From Macrostomum lignano (lineage: Eukaryota), in assembly GCA_002269645.1 (NCBI GenBank), contig NIVC01000353.1, forward strand, positions 593,877 through 657,876: DNA of 64,000 nucleotides, written 5' to 3'. Numbering within the stretch: position 1 is the first letter of the stretch; every line of letters starts with the position of its first letter. Both the position numbers and the translations under genes were made by a program. Positions 1-13,770 of the stretch are shown one piece after another. Below the pieces are notes generated by a model. The model made no database searches. It was not told where the DNA came from and saw nothing but the letters and a program-made list of their open reading frames with translations.

Positions 1-1275
1 TTCTTTGTCTTCTATAATTCTGTCAGTTCTTCAGCTCACGGCGCTCCCCTGCTGTGTCCTTGATATCCCAACCGCAGCGCAAAGTTCCTTTTCGAAAATC
101 TATGAATGCAGACTTCTACACGATCGAGCACTGAATGCAAGATTAGCGAAAGCCTGCACTTTAGGCCAATAAATAACCCCAGGTAAATCTCGATAAGATA
201 GGATAACATGGCCGAAACCGAGGTAGAATTATTGCTCACAGGCTGACTTTAATTGTACAAAGAGAGCATGTCTATGGTCAAAACCCAGCTCTGGCTAACA
301 CTGTATGCTATGGGCTGTCTGAGATTGGTTGTCTATGGCCAAGCCTCTTTCGGCGCACTGCGAAAATAGCAAATCTCTGCAAAATCCCTTTAGAAAACAC
401 AGCTGTATTTTGGTTGAGCCTCCACAGTTTTAAAACTTTTTCTTCACAAGCTTGTAAAGTTTTGTCTATTCGTGCCTGTATAGCAAAATTTGCAAGATCT
501 GCAAATGTACTCGTAGCGTTCCTTTTACTTGAAATGTCCATGTTGAACATGCAAAATCAGACTACTAAATATACAACTGCATTTTCGAGGACCCCACTAA
601 CGCAGTTATCAATATTCACTTAAATTTTTTAGTCTAGTCCTCAAAATTGTTAAAGTACCTTATTTACATCCTTACTGTAGCCTCCCAGAATCCTGTCCCT
701 CATCCATCTCATACAAATTGCTGGCATTGTTATTGACGCAAAATAGAATGCCTTTAAACAATAACAAAAACTACCCGGAGCAGCGACTGCAAGCTTATCT
801 GCTTGATTTCACATGGTGGATGTGAAGTACGCCTGCTAGGCCGCCCTACTGTCTTTCAAGCCTTATTTTCGGAGCACATCAGATCAACTCCCCATAATTA
901 GCTAGCTAGTGCATCTGCAGGCTCAGCGCTGCAGTGACGGATTCCTCAATGACGTCAGCAGCGAATAACTGGAATAAACATGCGCAAACTAAATGACCTC
1001 TCAGTGCAGTCCCCGCTTCTGTCTCTCGCCCTTTTCATTACGCACTGCAAATTAACGCAGCAAAGTTTTCTAAACAACACTCGACAGACGTCATCCCGAG
1101 TCAGAAATTTGCATTCGTGTATTTATAGAAATACTTCTTGTTCAGCTTGTTGCACAGAGGCAGGTTGAGTTAGAAGTCGTCTTCTAGTGGAAGAAAGTCT
1201 TCTTTTGTAGATTAACGAAGCCAAGATTCAATGCGGATTCTGCTGAGATGCCAATTGAGTCAAAGATGAGTTGCT

Positions 1276-2655
1276 GAGATGCAATGGGGAGATTCTGAGA
1301 TGCAATGGTGGAGATTCTGAGATGCAATGGTGGAGATTCTGGGATGCAATGCGGAATATCTGAGATGCCAATGGGGAGATTCTGAGATGCAATGGTGGAG
1401 ATTCTGGGATGCAATGCGGAATATCTGAGATGCCAATGGGGAGATTCTGAGATGCAATGGGGAGATTCTGAGATGCAATGGTGGAGATTCTGGGATGCAA
1501 TGCGGAATATCTGAGATGCCAATGGGGAGATTCTGAGATGCAATGGGGAGATTCTGAGATGCAATGGTGGAGATTCTGGGATGCAATGCGGAATATCTGA
1601 GATGCCAATGGGGAGATTCTGAGATGCAATGGGGAGATTCTGAGATGCAATGGGGAGATTCTGAGATGCAATGGTGGAGATTCTGGGATGCAATGCGGAA
1701 TATCTGCGATGCCAATGGGGAGATTCTGAGATGCAATGGGGAGATTCTGAGATGCAATGGTGGAGATTCTGGGATGCAATGCGGAATATCTGCGATGCCA
1801 ATGGGGAGATTCTGAGATGCAATGGGGAGATTCTGAGATGCAATGGGGAGATTCTGAGATGCAATGGTGGAGATTCTGGGATGCAATGGGGAGATTCTGA
1901 GATGCAATGGTGGAGATTCTGGGATGCAATGGGGAGATTCTGAGATGCAATGGTGGAGATTCTGGGATGCAATGCGGAATATCTGAGATGCCAATGGGGA
2001 GATTCTGAGATGCAATGGGGAGATTCTGAGATGCAATGGTGGAGATTCTGGGATGCAATGCGGAATATCTGCGATGCCAATGGGGAGATTCTGAGATGCA
2101 ATGGGGAGATTCTGAGATGCAATGGTGGAGATTCTGGGATGCAATGCGGAATATCTGAGATGCCAATGGGGAGATTCTGAGATGCAATGGGGAGATTCTG
2201 AGATGCAATGGTGGAGATTCTGGGATGCAATGCGGAATATCTGAGATGCCAATGGGGAGATTCTGAGATGCAATGGGGAGATTCTGAGATGCAATGGGGA
2301 GATTCTGAGATGCAATGGTGGAGATTCTGGGATGCAATGCGGAATATCTGCGATGCCAATGGGGAGATTCTGAGATGCAATGGGGAGATTCTGAGATGCA
2401 ATGGGGAGATTCTGAGATGCAATGGTGGAGATTCTGGGATGCAATGGGGAGATTTTGAGATGCAATGGTGGAGATTCTGGGATGCAATGCGGAATATCTG
2501 CGATGCCAATGGGGAGATTCTGAGATGCAATGGTGGAGATTCTGGGATGCAATGGTGGAGATTCTGAGATGCAATGGTGGAGATTCTGAGATGCAATGGT
2601 GGAGATTCTGGGATGCAATGCGGAATATCTGCGATGCCAATGGGGAGATTCTGAG
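1276..2655. repeat. Minisatellite of 21/22-bp units GAGATGCAATG(G/T)GGAGATTCT with variant GGGATGCAATGCGGAATATCT
   Basis: Direct inspection of tandem units. Confidence 0.95.
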
Positions 2656-3491
2656 ATGCCATGTGGAGTTGCTGAGATGCCAATTGGCTCAATGGGGAGT
2701 TGCTGAGATGCCAATTGGCTCAATGGGGAGTTGCTGAGATGCCAATTGGCTCACAATGGGGAGTTGCTGAGATGCCAATTGGCTCAATGGGGAGTTGCTG
2801 AGATGCCAATTGGCTCAATGGGGAGTTGCTGAGATGCCAATTGGCTCAATGGGGAGTTGCTGAGATGCCAATTGGCTCACAATGGGGAGTTGCTGAGATG
2901 CCAATTGGCTCAATGGGGAGTTGCTGAGATGCCAATTGGCTCAATGGGGAGTTGCTGAGATGCCAATTGGCTCACAATGGGGAGTTGCTGAGATGCCAAT
3001 TGGCTCAATGGGGAGTTGCTGAGATGCCAATTGGCTCAATGGGGAGTTGCTGAGATGCCAATTGGCTCAATGGGGAGTTGCTGAGATGCCAATTGGCTCA
3101 CAATGGGGAGTTGCTGAGATGCCAATTGGCTCAATGGGGAGTTGCTGAGATGCCAATTGGCTCACAATGGGGAGTTGCTGAGATGCCAATTGGCTCAATG
3201 GGGAGTTGCTGAGATGCCAATTGGCTCAATGGGGAGTTGCTGAGATGCCAATTGGCTCAATGGGGAGTTGCTGAGATGCCAATTGGCTCACAATGGGGAG
3301 TTGCTGAGATACCAATTGGCTCAATGGGGAGTTGCTGAGATGCCAATTGGCTCTATGGGGAGTTGCTGAGATGCCAATTGGCTCACAATGGGGAGTTGCT
3401 GAGATGCCAATTGGCTCACAATGGGGAGTTGCTGAGATGCTAATTGGCTCAATGGGGAGTTGCTGAGATGCCAATTGGCTCTATGGGGAGT
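2656..3491. repeat. Minisatellite of 31/33-bp units GAGATGCCAATTGGCTC(AC)AATGGGGAGTTGCT
   Basis: Direct inspection. Each unit contains the palindrome GCCAATTGGC. Confidence 0.95.
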
Positions 3492-4378
3492 GGTATTTTT
3501 GTTTGAAAAAACATTTCTTAGAAACCCCGAATAGTAACTAAGCAAAACTGTTTTGTTGGTAAATTTTTTTTCCAAAGAGTTTTATTACTCTTTTATCTTT
3601 TGCCTACGCAATGGAGTGACTAAGACTGCTAGGCTTTATCTGGGAAATACGTTATTGTTTGTCCTTTACACCTGAGCCCATCGTCCCCTAATGGTGCAGT
3701 AAGCCTTCGTCCTACACTCGTATAAATGTAACTCCGTTTAGCTCTTCGAGCTGCCAATCATCTTTCGAGTTGAGCAAACAGAGCGGCAACCATGAGAGTC
3801 TCAAGAGCCACCCCAGGCGGCTGTGAATGAGGCTCCAGTTCGAGGTACTTCAAGCCGGAGTTATATAGTTCGAGCAACGTATCCTCATTCTGTAGGCTAA
3901 CATAGCCACTTTATTTCTTCATTGAATTAGGCCCCTCTATTCGCCTATCCTATATCGTTTGCAACTAAGAACAGTCTGAAGGCTCCCCGGAGACTCCGCC
4001 CACCCCCCTCATTCAGACTGAAGGTGCAGATCTACTTAATACTGATGCTGCTCTTAGAACCGATATTCCTGCTGCTCCATAGAGTTGTTAACGCTTGGTC
4101 AGTCTCTGCTCCCCATCGCACTATTGGCCCACGGCACTAGAGGGGGGGGTTCCGTCTCTCTCCTACCTCAGCCTTCTCCCTTATGCTCTCATTTCGAATC
4201 TCCATCGTCTCAACTCATCTTTCTTCCCTTCCCCACTCACGCCGGCGCCTCATTAATCTGGGAATAAACCAACCAACCAACCAACTCCCACCTACATTCT
4301 CCATCTCTGCCCCCCTTCCCGAGTCACTCCGTAAAATTCCTCTGGGCAAAAAGTCTCACAAGAGTTAAGGCGCAGACT

Positions 4379-4380
4379 GG

Positions 4381-4467
<87 letters not shown>
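4379..4467. repeat. (GA)n microsatellite
   Basis: Direct inspection. Confidence 0.95.
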
Positions 4468-4469
<2 letters not shown>

Positions 4470-4598
4470 CGACCTCTTCAAGGTGTCGGTCAGGATATAA
4501 GCATATATCGAATTCTAAAGGGCTTTTCAATATCTATATAAGACCCAGTCTGCTGCACACTGCGACGCGACCACCTTCAGTGCTGACTGTACATTGTA

Positions 4599-5125
4599 AT
4601 GTCACGCGCATCCCGCAGGGCGACGCCAACCGCTAGACGAGGTCGTCAACAAACGGCTCTATTGCAAAAATTTTGCTGCTGCTGCTGTTGCACCGGCGCC
4701 GCCAAGGATGACGTCATAGACAAAGACCTAACGAGACACGACGACGAAGACTCGGACGACGAAGCTCCAGCGGATTCAAGGTCGCCAGCCAGGCTGCTGC
4801 CGCGCAAGTTTCGGGCTGCCAGCGCCGACAACTTGGAGCTTCGCCCGTTGAGATCCGAGAAGTCGGTGACATTCGTGACGGCTTCAACCGCACCTGGCGA
4901 CAGCAGCTCCGACAGCAGCTCCAAACGGAGGCGAGTTCTGATCGCCTTCAAGACCGTGTGCGACAAGACAACGAGCACGTCGGCTGTTAGTCCCGGCGGT
5001 TCCAGCGCCGACCATGCGGGACAGAGGGCGCCGAGTCCTGCTAGGGAAGGAGGCGGCGGCGCCAAGGTTGCGCCCGCGGGATCGCATGGACCAACCGGAG
5101 GTGGAAGGGTGAGACTCATTGAAGG
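4599..5125 (+). CDS. Candidate alternative first coding exon of the PDE4 gene (N-terminus with a six-Cys run)
   Basis: ATG at 4599 with G at -3, GC-rich 176-codon ORF. Donors AGG|GTGAGA at 5109 (phase 0) and AGG|GTGAGA at 5126 (phase 2, fits exon 62002). Linkage to PDE4 is inferred from phase. Confidence 0.6.
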
Positions 5126-5190
5126 GTGAGACTCATTAAAGGGTGAGGCTCATTGATAGGTGAGGGATTTCGATTGAGACGCGAATCAGC

Positions 5191-8100
5191 TAGAGATGAC
5201 AGGTGAGACATCTGATAGAGATGACAGGTAAGAGATCTGATAGAGATTAAGATTACAGGTGAGAGATCTGATAGAGATTAGGATTAGAGGTGAGAGATCT
5301 GATAGAGACGTCAGGTGAGAGATCTGATAGAGATGTCAGGTGAGAGATTTGATAGAGATTAAGATTACAGGTGAGAGATCTAATAGAGATGTCAGGTGAG
5401 AGATTTGATAGAGATGTCAGGTGAGAGATCTGATAGAGATTAGGATTAGAGGTGAGAGATCTGATAGAGACGTCAGGTGAGAGATCTGAAAGAGATTAGG
5501 ATTAGAGGTGAGAGATCTGATAGAGACGTCAGGTGAGAGATCTGATAGAGACGTCAGGTGAGAGATCTGATAGAGACGTCAGGTGAGAGATCTGATAGAG
5601 ATGTCAGGTGAGAGATCTGATAGAGATGTCAGGTGAGAGATCTAATAGAGATGTCAGGTGAGAGATTTGATAGAGATGTCAGGTGAGAGATTTGATAGAG
5701 ATTAAGATTACAGGTGAGAGATCTAATAGAGATGTCAGGTGAGAGATCTGATAGAGATGTCAGGTGAGAGATTTGATAGAGATGTCAGGTGAGAGATCTG
5801 ATAGAGATGTCAGGTGAGAGATTTGATAGAGATGTCAGGTGAGAGATCTGATAGAGATGTCAGGTGAGAGATCTGATAGAGATGTCAGGTGAGAGATTTG
5901 ATAGAGATGTCAGGTGAGAGATCTGATAGAGATGTCAGGTGAGAGATCTGATAGAGATGTCAGGTGAGAGATCTGATAGAGATGTCAGGTGAGAGATTTG
6001 ATAGAGATGTCAGGTGAGAGATCTGATAGAGATGTCAGGTGAGAGATTTGATAGAGATTAAGATTACAGGTGAGAGATCTAATAGAGATGTCAGGTGAGA
6101 GATTTGATAGAGATGTCAGGTGAGAGATTTGATAGAGATGTCAGGTGAGAGATCTGATAGAGATGTCAGGTGAGAGATCTGATAGAGATGTCAGGTGAGA
6201 GATTTGATAGAGATGTCAGGTGAGAGATCTGATAGAGATGTCAGGTGAGAGATCTGATAGAGATGTCAGGTGAGAGATCTGATAGAGATGTCAGGTGAGA
6301 GATTTAATAGAGATTAAGATTACAGGTGAGAGATCTAATAGAGATGTCAGGTGAGAGATCTGATAGAGACGTCAGGTGAGAGATCTGATAGAGATTAAGA
6401 TTACAGGTGAGAGATCTAATAGAGATGTCAGGTGAGAGATCTGATAGAGATGTCAGGTGAGAGATCTGATAGAGATGTCAGGTGAGAGATCTGATAGAGA
6501 TGTCAGGTGAGAGATCTGATAGAGACGTCAGGTGAGAGATTTGATAGAGATGTCAGGTGAGAGATTTGATAGAGACGTCAGGTGAGAGATCTAATAGAGA
6601 TGTCAGGTGAGAGATTTGATATAGATTAAGATTACAGGTGAGAGATCTAATAGAGATGTCAGGTGAGAGATCTGATAGAGATGTCAGGTGAGAGATCTGA
6701 TAGAGATGTCAGGTGAGAGATCTAATAGAGATGTCAGGTGAGAGATCTGATAGAGATGTCAGGTGAGAGATCTGAAAGAGATGTCAGGTGAGAGATTTGA
6801 TAGAGATTAAGATTACAGGTGAGAGATCTGATAGAGATGTCAGGTGAGAGATCTGATAGAGATGTCAGGTGAGAGATTTGATAGAGATGTCAGGTGAGAG
6901 ACCTGATAGAGATGTCAGGTGAGAGATTTGATAGAGATTAAGATTACAGGTGAGAGATCTGATAGAGACGTCAGGTGAGAGACCTGATAGAGATGTCAGG
7001 TGAGAGATTTGATAGAGATTAAGATTACAGGTGAGAGATCTGATAGAGATTAGGATTAGAGGTGAGAGATCTGATAGAGACGTCAGGTGAGAGACCTGAT
7101 AGAGATGTCAGGTGAGAGATTTGATAGAGATGTCAGGTGAGAGATCTGATAGAGATGTCAGGTGAGAGATTTGATAGAGATTAAGATTACAGGTGAGAGA
7201 TCTAATAGAGATGTCAGGTGAGAGATCTGATAGAGATGTCAGGTGAGAGATTTGATAGAGATTAAGATTACAGGTGAGAGATCTAATAGAGATGTCAGGT
7301 GAGAGATTTGATAGAGATTAGGATTAGAGGTGAGAGATCTGATAGAGACGTCAGGTGAGAGACCTGATAGAGATGTCAGGTGAGAGATTTGATAGAGATT
7401 AAGATTACAGGTGAGAGATCTAATAGAGATGTCAGGTGAGAGATTTGATAGAGATTAGGATTAGAGGTGAGAGATCTGATAGAGACGTCAGGTGAGAGAC
7501 CTGATAGAGATGTCAGGTGAGAGATTTGATAGAGATTAAAATTACAGGTGAGAGATCTGATAGAGATTAGGATTAGAGGTGAGAGATTTGATAGAGACGT
7601 CAGGTGAGAGATTTGATAGAGATGTCAGGTGAGAGATCTGATAGAGATGTCAGGTGAGAGATTTGATAGAGATTAGGATTAGAGGTGAGAGATCTGATAG
7701 AGACGTCAGGTGAGAGATTTGATAGAGATTAGGATTAGAGGTGAGAGATTTGATAGAGACGTCAGGTGAGAGATTTGATAGAGACGTCAGGTGAGAGATT
7801 TGATAGAGACGTCAGGTGAGAGACCTGATAGAGATGTCAGGTGAGAGATCTAATAGAGATGTCAGGTGAGAGATCTGATAGAGATGTCAGGTGAGAGATC
7901 TGATAGAGATGTCAGGTGAGAGATTTGATAGAGATTAAGATTACAGGTGAGAGATCTAATAGAGATGTCAGGTGAGAGATCTAATAGAGATGTCAGGTGA
8001 GAGATCTAATAGAGATGTCAGGTGAGAGATCTGATAGAGATGTCAGGTGAGAGATCTAATAGAGATGTCAGGTGAGAGATCTGATAGAGATGTCAGGTGA

Positions 8101-10218
8101 GAGATCTGATAGAGATGTCAGGTGAGAGATCTGATAGAGATGTCAGGTGAGAGATTTGATAGAGATTAAGATTACAGGTGAGAGATCTAATAGAGATGTC
8201 AGGTGAGAGACCTGATAGAGATGTCAGGTGAGAGATTTGATAGAGATTAAGATTACAGGTGAGAGATCTAATAGAGATGTCAGGTGAGAGATCTAATAGA
8301 GATGTCAGGTGAGAGATCTAATAGAGATGTCAGGTGAGAGATCTAATAGAGATGTCAGGTGAGAGATCTGATAGAGATGTCAGGTGAGAGATCTGATAGA
8401 GATGTCAGGTGAGAGATCTGATAGAGATGTCAGGTGAGAGATCTGATAGAGATTAAGATTACAGGTGAGAGATCTAATAGAGATGTCAGGTGAGAGATTT
8501 GATAGAGATTAGGATTAGAGGTGAGAGATCTGATAGAGACGTCAGGTGAGAGACCTGATAGAGATGTCAGGTGAGAGATTTGATAGAGATTAAGATTACA
8601 GGTGAGAGATCTAATAGAGATGTCAGGTGAGAGATTTGATAGAGATTAGGATTAGAGGTGAGAGATCTGATAGAGACGTCAGGTGAGAGACCTGATAGAG
8701 ATGTCAGGTGAGAGATTTGATAGAGATTAAGATTACAGGTGAGAGATCTAATAGAGATGTCAGGTGAGAGATTTGATAGAGATTAGGATTAGAGGTGAGA
8801 GATCTGATAGAGACGTCAGGTGAGAGACCTGATAGAGATGTCAGGTGAGAGATTTGATAGAGATTAAAATTACAGGTGAGAGATCTGATAGAGATTAGGA
8901 TTAGAGGTGAGAGATTTGATAGAGACGTCAGGTGAGAGATTTGATAGAGATGTCAGGTGAGAGATCTGATAGAGATGTCAGGTGAGAGATTTGATAGAGA
9001 TTAGGATTAGAGGTGAGAGATCTGATAGAGACGTCAGGTGAGAGATTTGATAGAGATTAGGATTAGAGGTGAGAGATTTGATAGAGACGTCAGGTGAGAG
9101 ATTTGATAGAGACGTCAGGTGAGAGATTTGATAGAGACGTCAGGTGAGAGACCTGATAGAGATGTCAGGTGAGAGATCTAATAGAGATGTCAGGTGAGAG
9201 ATCTGATAGAGATGTCAGGTGAGAGATCTGATAGAGATGTCAGGTGAGAGATTTGATAGAGATTAAGATTACAGGTGAGAGATCTAATAGAGATGTCAGG
9301 TGAGAGATCTAATAGAGATGTCAGGTGAGAGATCTAATAGAGATGTCAGGTGAGAGATCTGATAGAGATGTCAGGTGAGAGATCTGATAGAGATGTCAGG
9401 TGAGAGATCTGATAGAGATGTCAGGTGAGAGATTTGATAGAGATTAAGATTACAGGTGAGAGATCTAATAGAGATGTCAGGTGAGAGACCTGATAGAGAT
9501 GTCAGGTGAGAGATTTGATAGAGATTAAGATTACAGGTGAGAGATCTAATAGAGATGTCAGGTGAGAGATCTAATAGAGATGTCAGGTGAGAGATCTAAT
9601 AGAGATGTCAGGTGAGAGATCTAATAGAGATGTCAGGTGAGAGATCTGATAGAGATGTCAGGTGAGAGATCTGATAGAGATGTCAGGTGAGAGATCTGAT
9701 AGAGATGTCAGGTGAGAGATCTGATAGAGATGTCAGGTGAGAGATCTGATAGAGATTAAGATTACAGGTGAGAGATCTGATAGAGATGTCAGGTGAGAGA
9801 TCTGATAGAGATGTCAGGTGAGAGATCTGATAGAGATGTCAGGTGAGAGATCTAATAGAGATGTCAGGTGAGAGATCTGATAGAGATGTCAGGTGAGAGA
9901 TCTGATAGAGATTAAGATTACAGGTGAGAGATCTGATAGAGATGTCAGGTGAGAGATCTGATAGAGATGTCAGGTGAGAGATCTGATAGAGATGTCAGGT
10001 GAGAGATCTAATAGAGATGTCAGGTGAGAGATCTGATAGAGATGTCAGGTGAGAGATCTGATAGAGATTAAGATTACAGGTGAGAGATCTGATAGAGATG
10101 TCAGGTGAGAGATCTGATAGAGATGTCAGGTGAGAGATCTGATAGAGATGACAGGTAAGAGAGATCTGATAGAGATTAAGATCACAGGTGAGAGATCTGA
10201 TAGAGATGTCAGGTGAGA
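5191..10218. repeat. About 5-kb minisatellite of 25-bp CAGGTGAGAGATCTGATAGAGATGT with 31-bp variants
   Basis: Direct inspection, roughly 190 units. Confidence 0.97.
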
Positions 10219-10774
10219 TTGGAGAGGCAGTTAAAATTGTATAGCAATTAAAATGATTGCTTTCCAACTGATTGTGTTGGAAATTTATATTTTCCAATAT
10301 TATTCATTATTCATTTGCAAAATTTCTCAATAATTTTATATGGCCAACAATAAAACTCAGTTGTATTGGTCAGCCCGATATTCTCGTGTATCTGTATAGA
10401 GAAAAGAGACCAAGCAGATTTAGGTCCCTGAGGCAGATAGATTGCTATATTGATTTGGGAAGTGAAGGATCAGGGAGGCTGGTCAACTTAAAGGGGGAAT
10501 GGTCACGCACACGCAACATCATCTGTCACTTAGCCCCCACCCAGCCCCACAGTCCCTTCATCTCTAAGGCCCTCCCCTCATAACCGCCACTCATATTTTA
10601 ATTCTAGAAAAATATTCCCAACAAAGCTGACAGAGTGAAGAAGAGAAGAGACTGATGAGTCCTGCTTCTTCTAGGGAAGAGGTTGCTTGGGTCTTTCGCT
10701 ATAGTCTGTCTCTCGGGTCTCTTCCTGCCTTCTTCTCATCATCTTTCACTTTATCTGGCTGAATTATATTGCTA

Positions 10775-11549
10775 GCTAGTGTTAGCTAGTGTCTGTCTGT
10801 GTTAGCTAGTGTCTGCCTGTGTTAGCTAGTGTCTGCCTGTGTCAGCTAGTGTCTGCCTGTGTCAGCTAGTGTCTGCCTGTGTTAGCTAGTGTCTGCCTGT
10901 GTTAGCTAGTGTCTGCCTGTGTTAGCTAGTGTCTGCCTGTGTTAGCTAGTGTCTGCCTGTGTCAGCTAGTGTCTGCCTGTGTCAGCTAGTGTCTGTCTGT
11001 GTCAGCTAGTGTCTGTCTGTGTCAGCTAGTGTCTGCCTGTGTGTCTGCCTGTGTCAGCTAGTGTCTGCCTGTGTTAGCTAGTGTCTGCCTGTGTTAGCTA
11101 GTGTCTGCCTGTGTGTCTGCCTGTGTCAGCTAGTGTCTGCCTGTGTTAGCTAGTGTCTGCCTGTGTTAGCTAGTGTCTGCCTGTGTCAGCTAGTGTCTGC
11201 CTGTGTCAGCTAGTGTCTGCCTGTGTCAGCTATTGTCTGCCTGTGTTAGCTAGTGTCTGCCTGTGTTAGCTAGTGTCTGCCTGTGTCAGCTAGTGTCTGC
11301 CTGTGTCAGCTAGTGTCTGTCTGTGTCAGCTAGTGTCTGCCTGTGTCAGCTAGTGTCTGCCTGTGTCAGCTAGTGTCTGCCTGTGTCAGCTAGTGTCTGC
11401 CTGTGTCAGCTAGTGTCTGTCTGTGTCAGCTAGTGTCTGCCTGTGTGTCTGCCTGTGTCAGCTAGTGTCTGCCTGTGTTAGCTAGTGTCTGCCTGTGTTA
11501 GCTAGTGTCTGCCTGTGTCAGCTAGTGTCTGCCTGTGTCAGCTAGTGTC
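10775..11549. repeat. 20-bp minisatellite GCTAGTGTCTGCCTGTGT(T/C)A
   Basis: Direct inspection. Confidence 0.95.
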
Positions 11550-12072
11550 CTTTTCTGTACCGCAGTCAGTGCCATTTTGAAATTTATTTACCAATCTTAG
11601 AATTCAAACTTATCGGAAATCAGAAAAAACTACTTTAAGTAAACTATCTAGCTTTTAGTAGTGCAAGGGGAAATTTTGTTATCAAGCAAAAAGTTGGGAA
11701 TAAAATATAGAAACTTGTTACCAAGGTGCACCCAATCGACCCCTGCTCAAGTCCAAAGCAGAAATGTTATAATAACGAAGTGAGTTAGGGAGGCACTGCT
11801 CACTAACTGCTCCATGAATGTACGTATCCGTGCTGGTTGGGCAGTGAATAAACCTGGATGCAATTTTCTCTGGGAAACTTAATAATTTCTTGCAATTGAG
11901 GCAGCAAAGAGGCACTGATTTTTTGCTACTTATTTAGAGAAAATTGCTACAGCTCAAGATTCCAGGGAAGCCAATCTTGAGGGCTTCGAGTCAGGATTAA
12001 ATGTGTGGGATTGTACTTTTCGATATCGGTTCATGTGCTAAGTTTGCTTGGTAAAATTATGTTTCCAGTTTG

Positions 12073-13770
12073 CTTCTGTTCTGTATCCGTTCTGTTTCTG
12101 TTCTTTTTCTGTTCTGTTTCTGTTCTGTTTCTGTTCTGTTTCTGTTCTGTTTCTGTTCTGTTTCTGTTCTGTTTCTGTTCTGTTTCTGTTCTGTTTCTGT
12201 TTCTGTTTCTGTTCTGTTTCTGTTTCTGTTTCTGTTTCTGTTCTGTTTCTGTTCTGTTTCTGTTCTGTTTCTGTTCTGTTTCTGTTCTGTTTCTGTTCTG
12301 TTTCTGTTCTGTTTCTGTTCTATTTCTGTTTCTGTACTATTTCTGTTTCTGTTTCTGTTTCTGTTCTGTTTCTGTTCTGTTTCTGTTTCTGTTCTGTTTC
12401 TGTTTCTGTTCTATTTCTGTTCCGTTTCTGTTCTGTTTCTGTTTCTGTTTCTGTTCTGTTTCTGTTCTGTTTCTGTTTCTGTTCTGTTTCTGTTCTGTTT
12501 CTGTTCTGTTTCTGTTTCTGTTCTGTTTCTGTTCTGTTTCTGTTCTGTTTCTGTTCTGTTTCTGTTTCTGTTCTGTTTCTGTTTCTGTTCTGTTTCTGTT
12601 TCTGTTCTGTTTCTGTTTCTGTTCTGTTTCTGTTCTGTTTCTGTTCTGTTTCTGTTCTGTTTCTGTTCTGTTTCTGTTTCTGTTCTGTTTCTGTTCTGTT
12701 TCTGTCCTGTTTCTGTTCTGTTTCTGTTCTGTTTCTGTTCTGTTTCTGTTCTGTTTCTGTTCTGTTTCTGTTCTGTTTCTGTTTCTGTTCTGTTTCTGTT
12801 TCTGTTCTGTTTCTGTTTTTGTTCTGTTACTGTTTCTGTTTCCGTTCTGTTTCTGTTCTGTTTCTGTTTCTGTTCTGTTCTGTTTCTGTTCTGTTTCTGT
12901 TCTGTTTCTGTTCTATTTCTGTTCTGTTTCTGTTTCTGTTCTGTTTCTGTTCTATTTCTGTTCTGTTTCTGTTTCTGTTCTGTTTCTGTTCTGTTTCTGT
13001 TTCTGTTCTGTTTCTGTTCTGTTTCTGTTCTGTTTCTGTCCTGTTTCTGTTCTGTTTCTGTTCTGTTTCTGTTTCTGTTCTGTTTCTGTTCTGTTTCTGT
13101 TCTGTTTCTGTTCTGTTTCTGTTCTGTTTCTGTTTCTGTACTATTTCTGTTTCTGTTCTGTTTCTGTTCTGTTTCTGTTTCTGTTCTGTTTCTGTTCTGT
13201 TTCTGTTCTGTTTCTGTTTCTGTTCTGTTTCTGTTCTGTTTCTGTTCTGTTTCTGTTCTATTTCTGTTCCGTTTCTGTTCTGTTTCTGTTCTGTTTCTGT
13301 TCTGTTTCTGTTCTGTTTCTGTTCTGTTTCTGTTCTGTTTCTGTTTCTGTACTATTTCTGTTTCTGTTCTGTTTCTGTTCTGTTTCTGTTTCTGTTCTGT
13401 TTCTGTTCTGTTTCTGTTCTGTTTCTGTTTCTGTTCTGTTTCTGTTCTGTTTCTGTTCTGTTTCTGTTCTGTTTCTGTTCTGTTTCTGTTCTGTTTCTGT
13501 TCTGTTTCTGTTCTGTTTCTGTTCTGTTTCTGTTCTGTTTCTGTTCTGTTTCTGTTCTGTTTCTGTCCTGTTTCTGTTCTGTTTCTGTTTCTGTTTCTGT
13601 TCTGTTTCTGTTTCTGTACTATTTCTGTTTCTGTTCTGTTTCTGTTCTGTTTCTGTTTCTGTTCTGTTTCTGTTCTGTTTCTGTTCTGTTTCTGTTCTGT
13701 TTCTGTCCTGTTTCTGTTCTGTTTCTGTTCTGTTTCTGTCCTGTTTCTGTTCTGTTCCTGTTCTGTTTCT
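12073..13770. repeat. Compound GTTCT/GTTTCT (5/6/11-bp) repeat
   Basis: Direct inspection. Confidence 0.95.

Noticed and set aside
1184-2737. Long overlapping ORFs in the first minisatellite, likewise 12005-13869, 13977-15230, 28211-29131 and 29217-30290
   Set aside because: They are open in several frames because of repeat periodicity and have no domain features.
3831-3854. About 24-bp similarity to 21918-21943 (TTCGAGGTA(A)CTTCAAG)
   Set aside because: It is short and gapped with only two occurrences, so it is compatible with chance.
10651-10700. CTGATGAGTCC resembling a hammerhead 5' core, also CTGAGG...GGACGAAA near 61668-61688
   Set aside because: The first has no matching GGAC-GAAA, and the second lacks the CUGANGA core.
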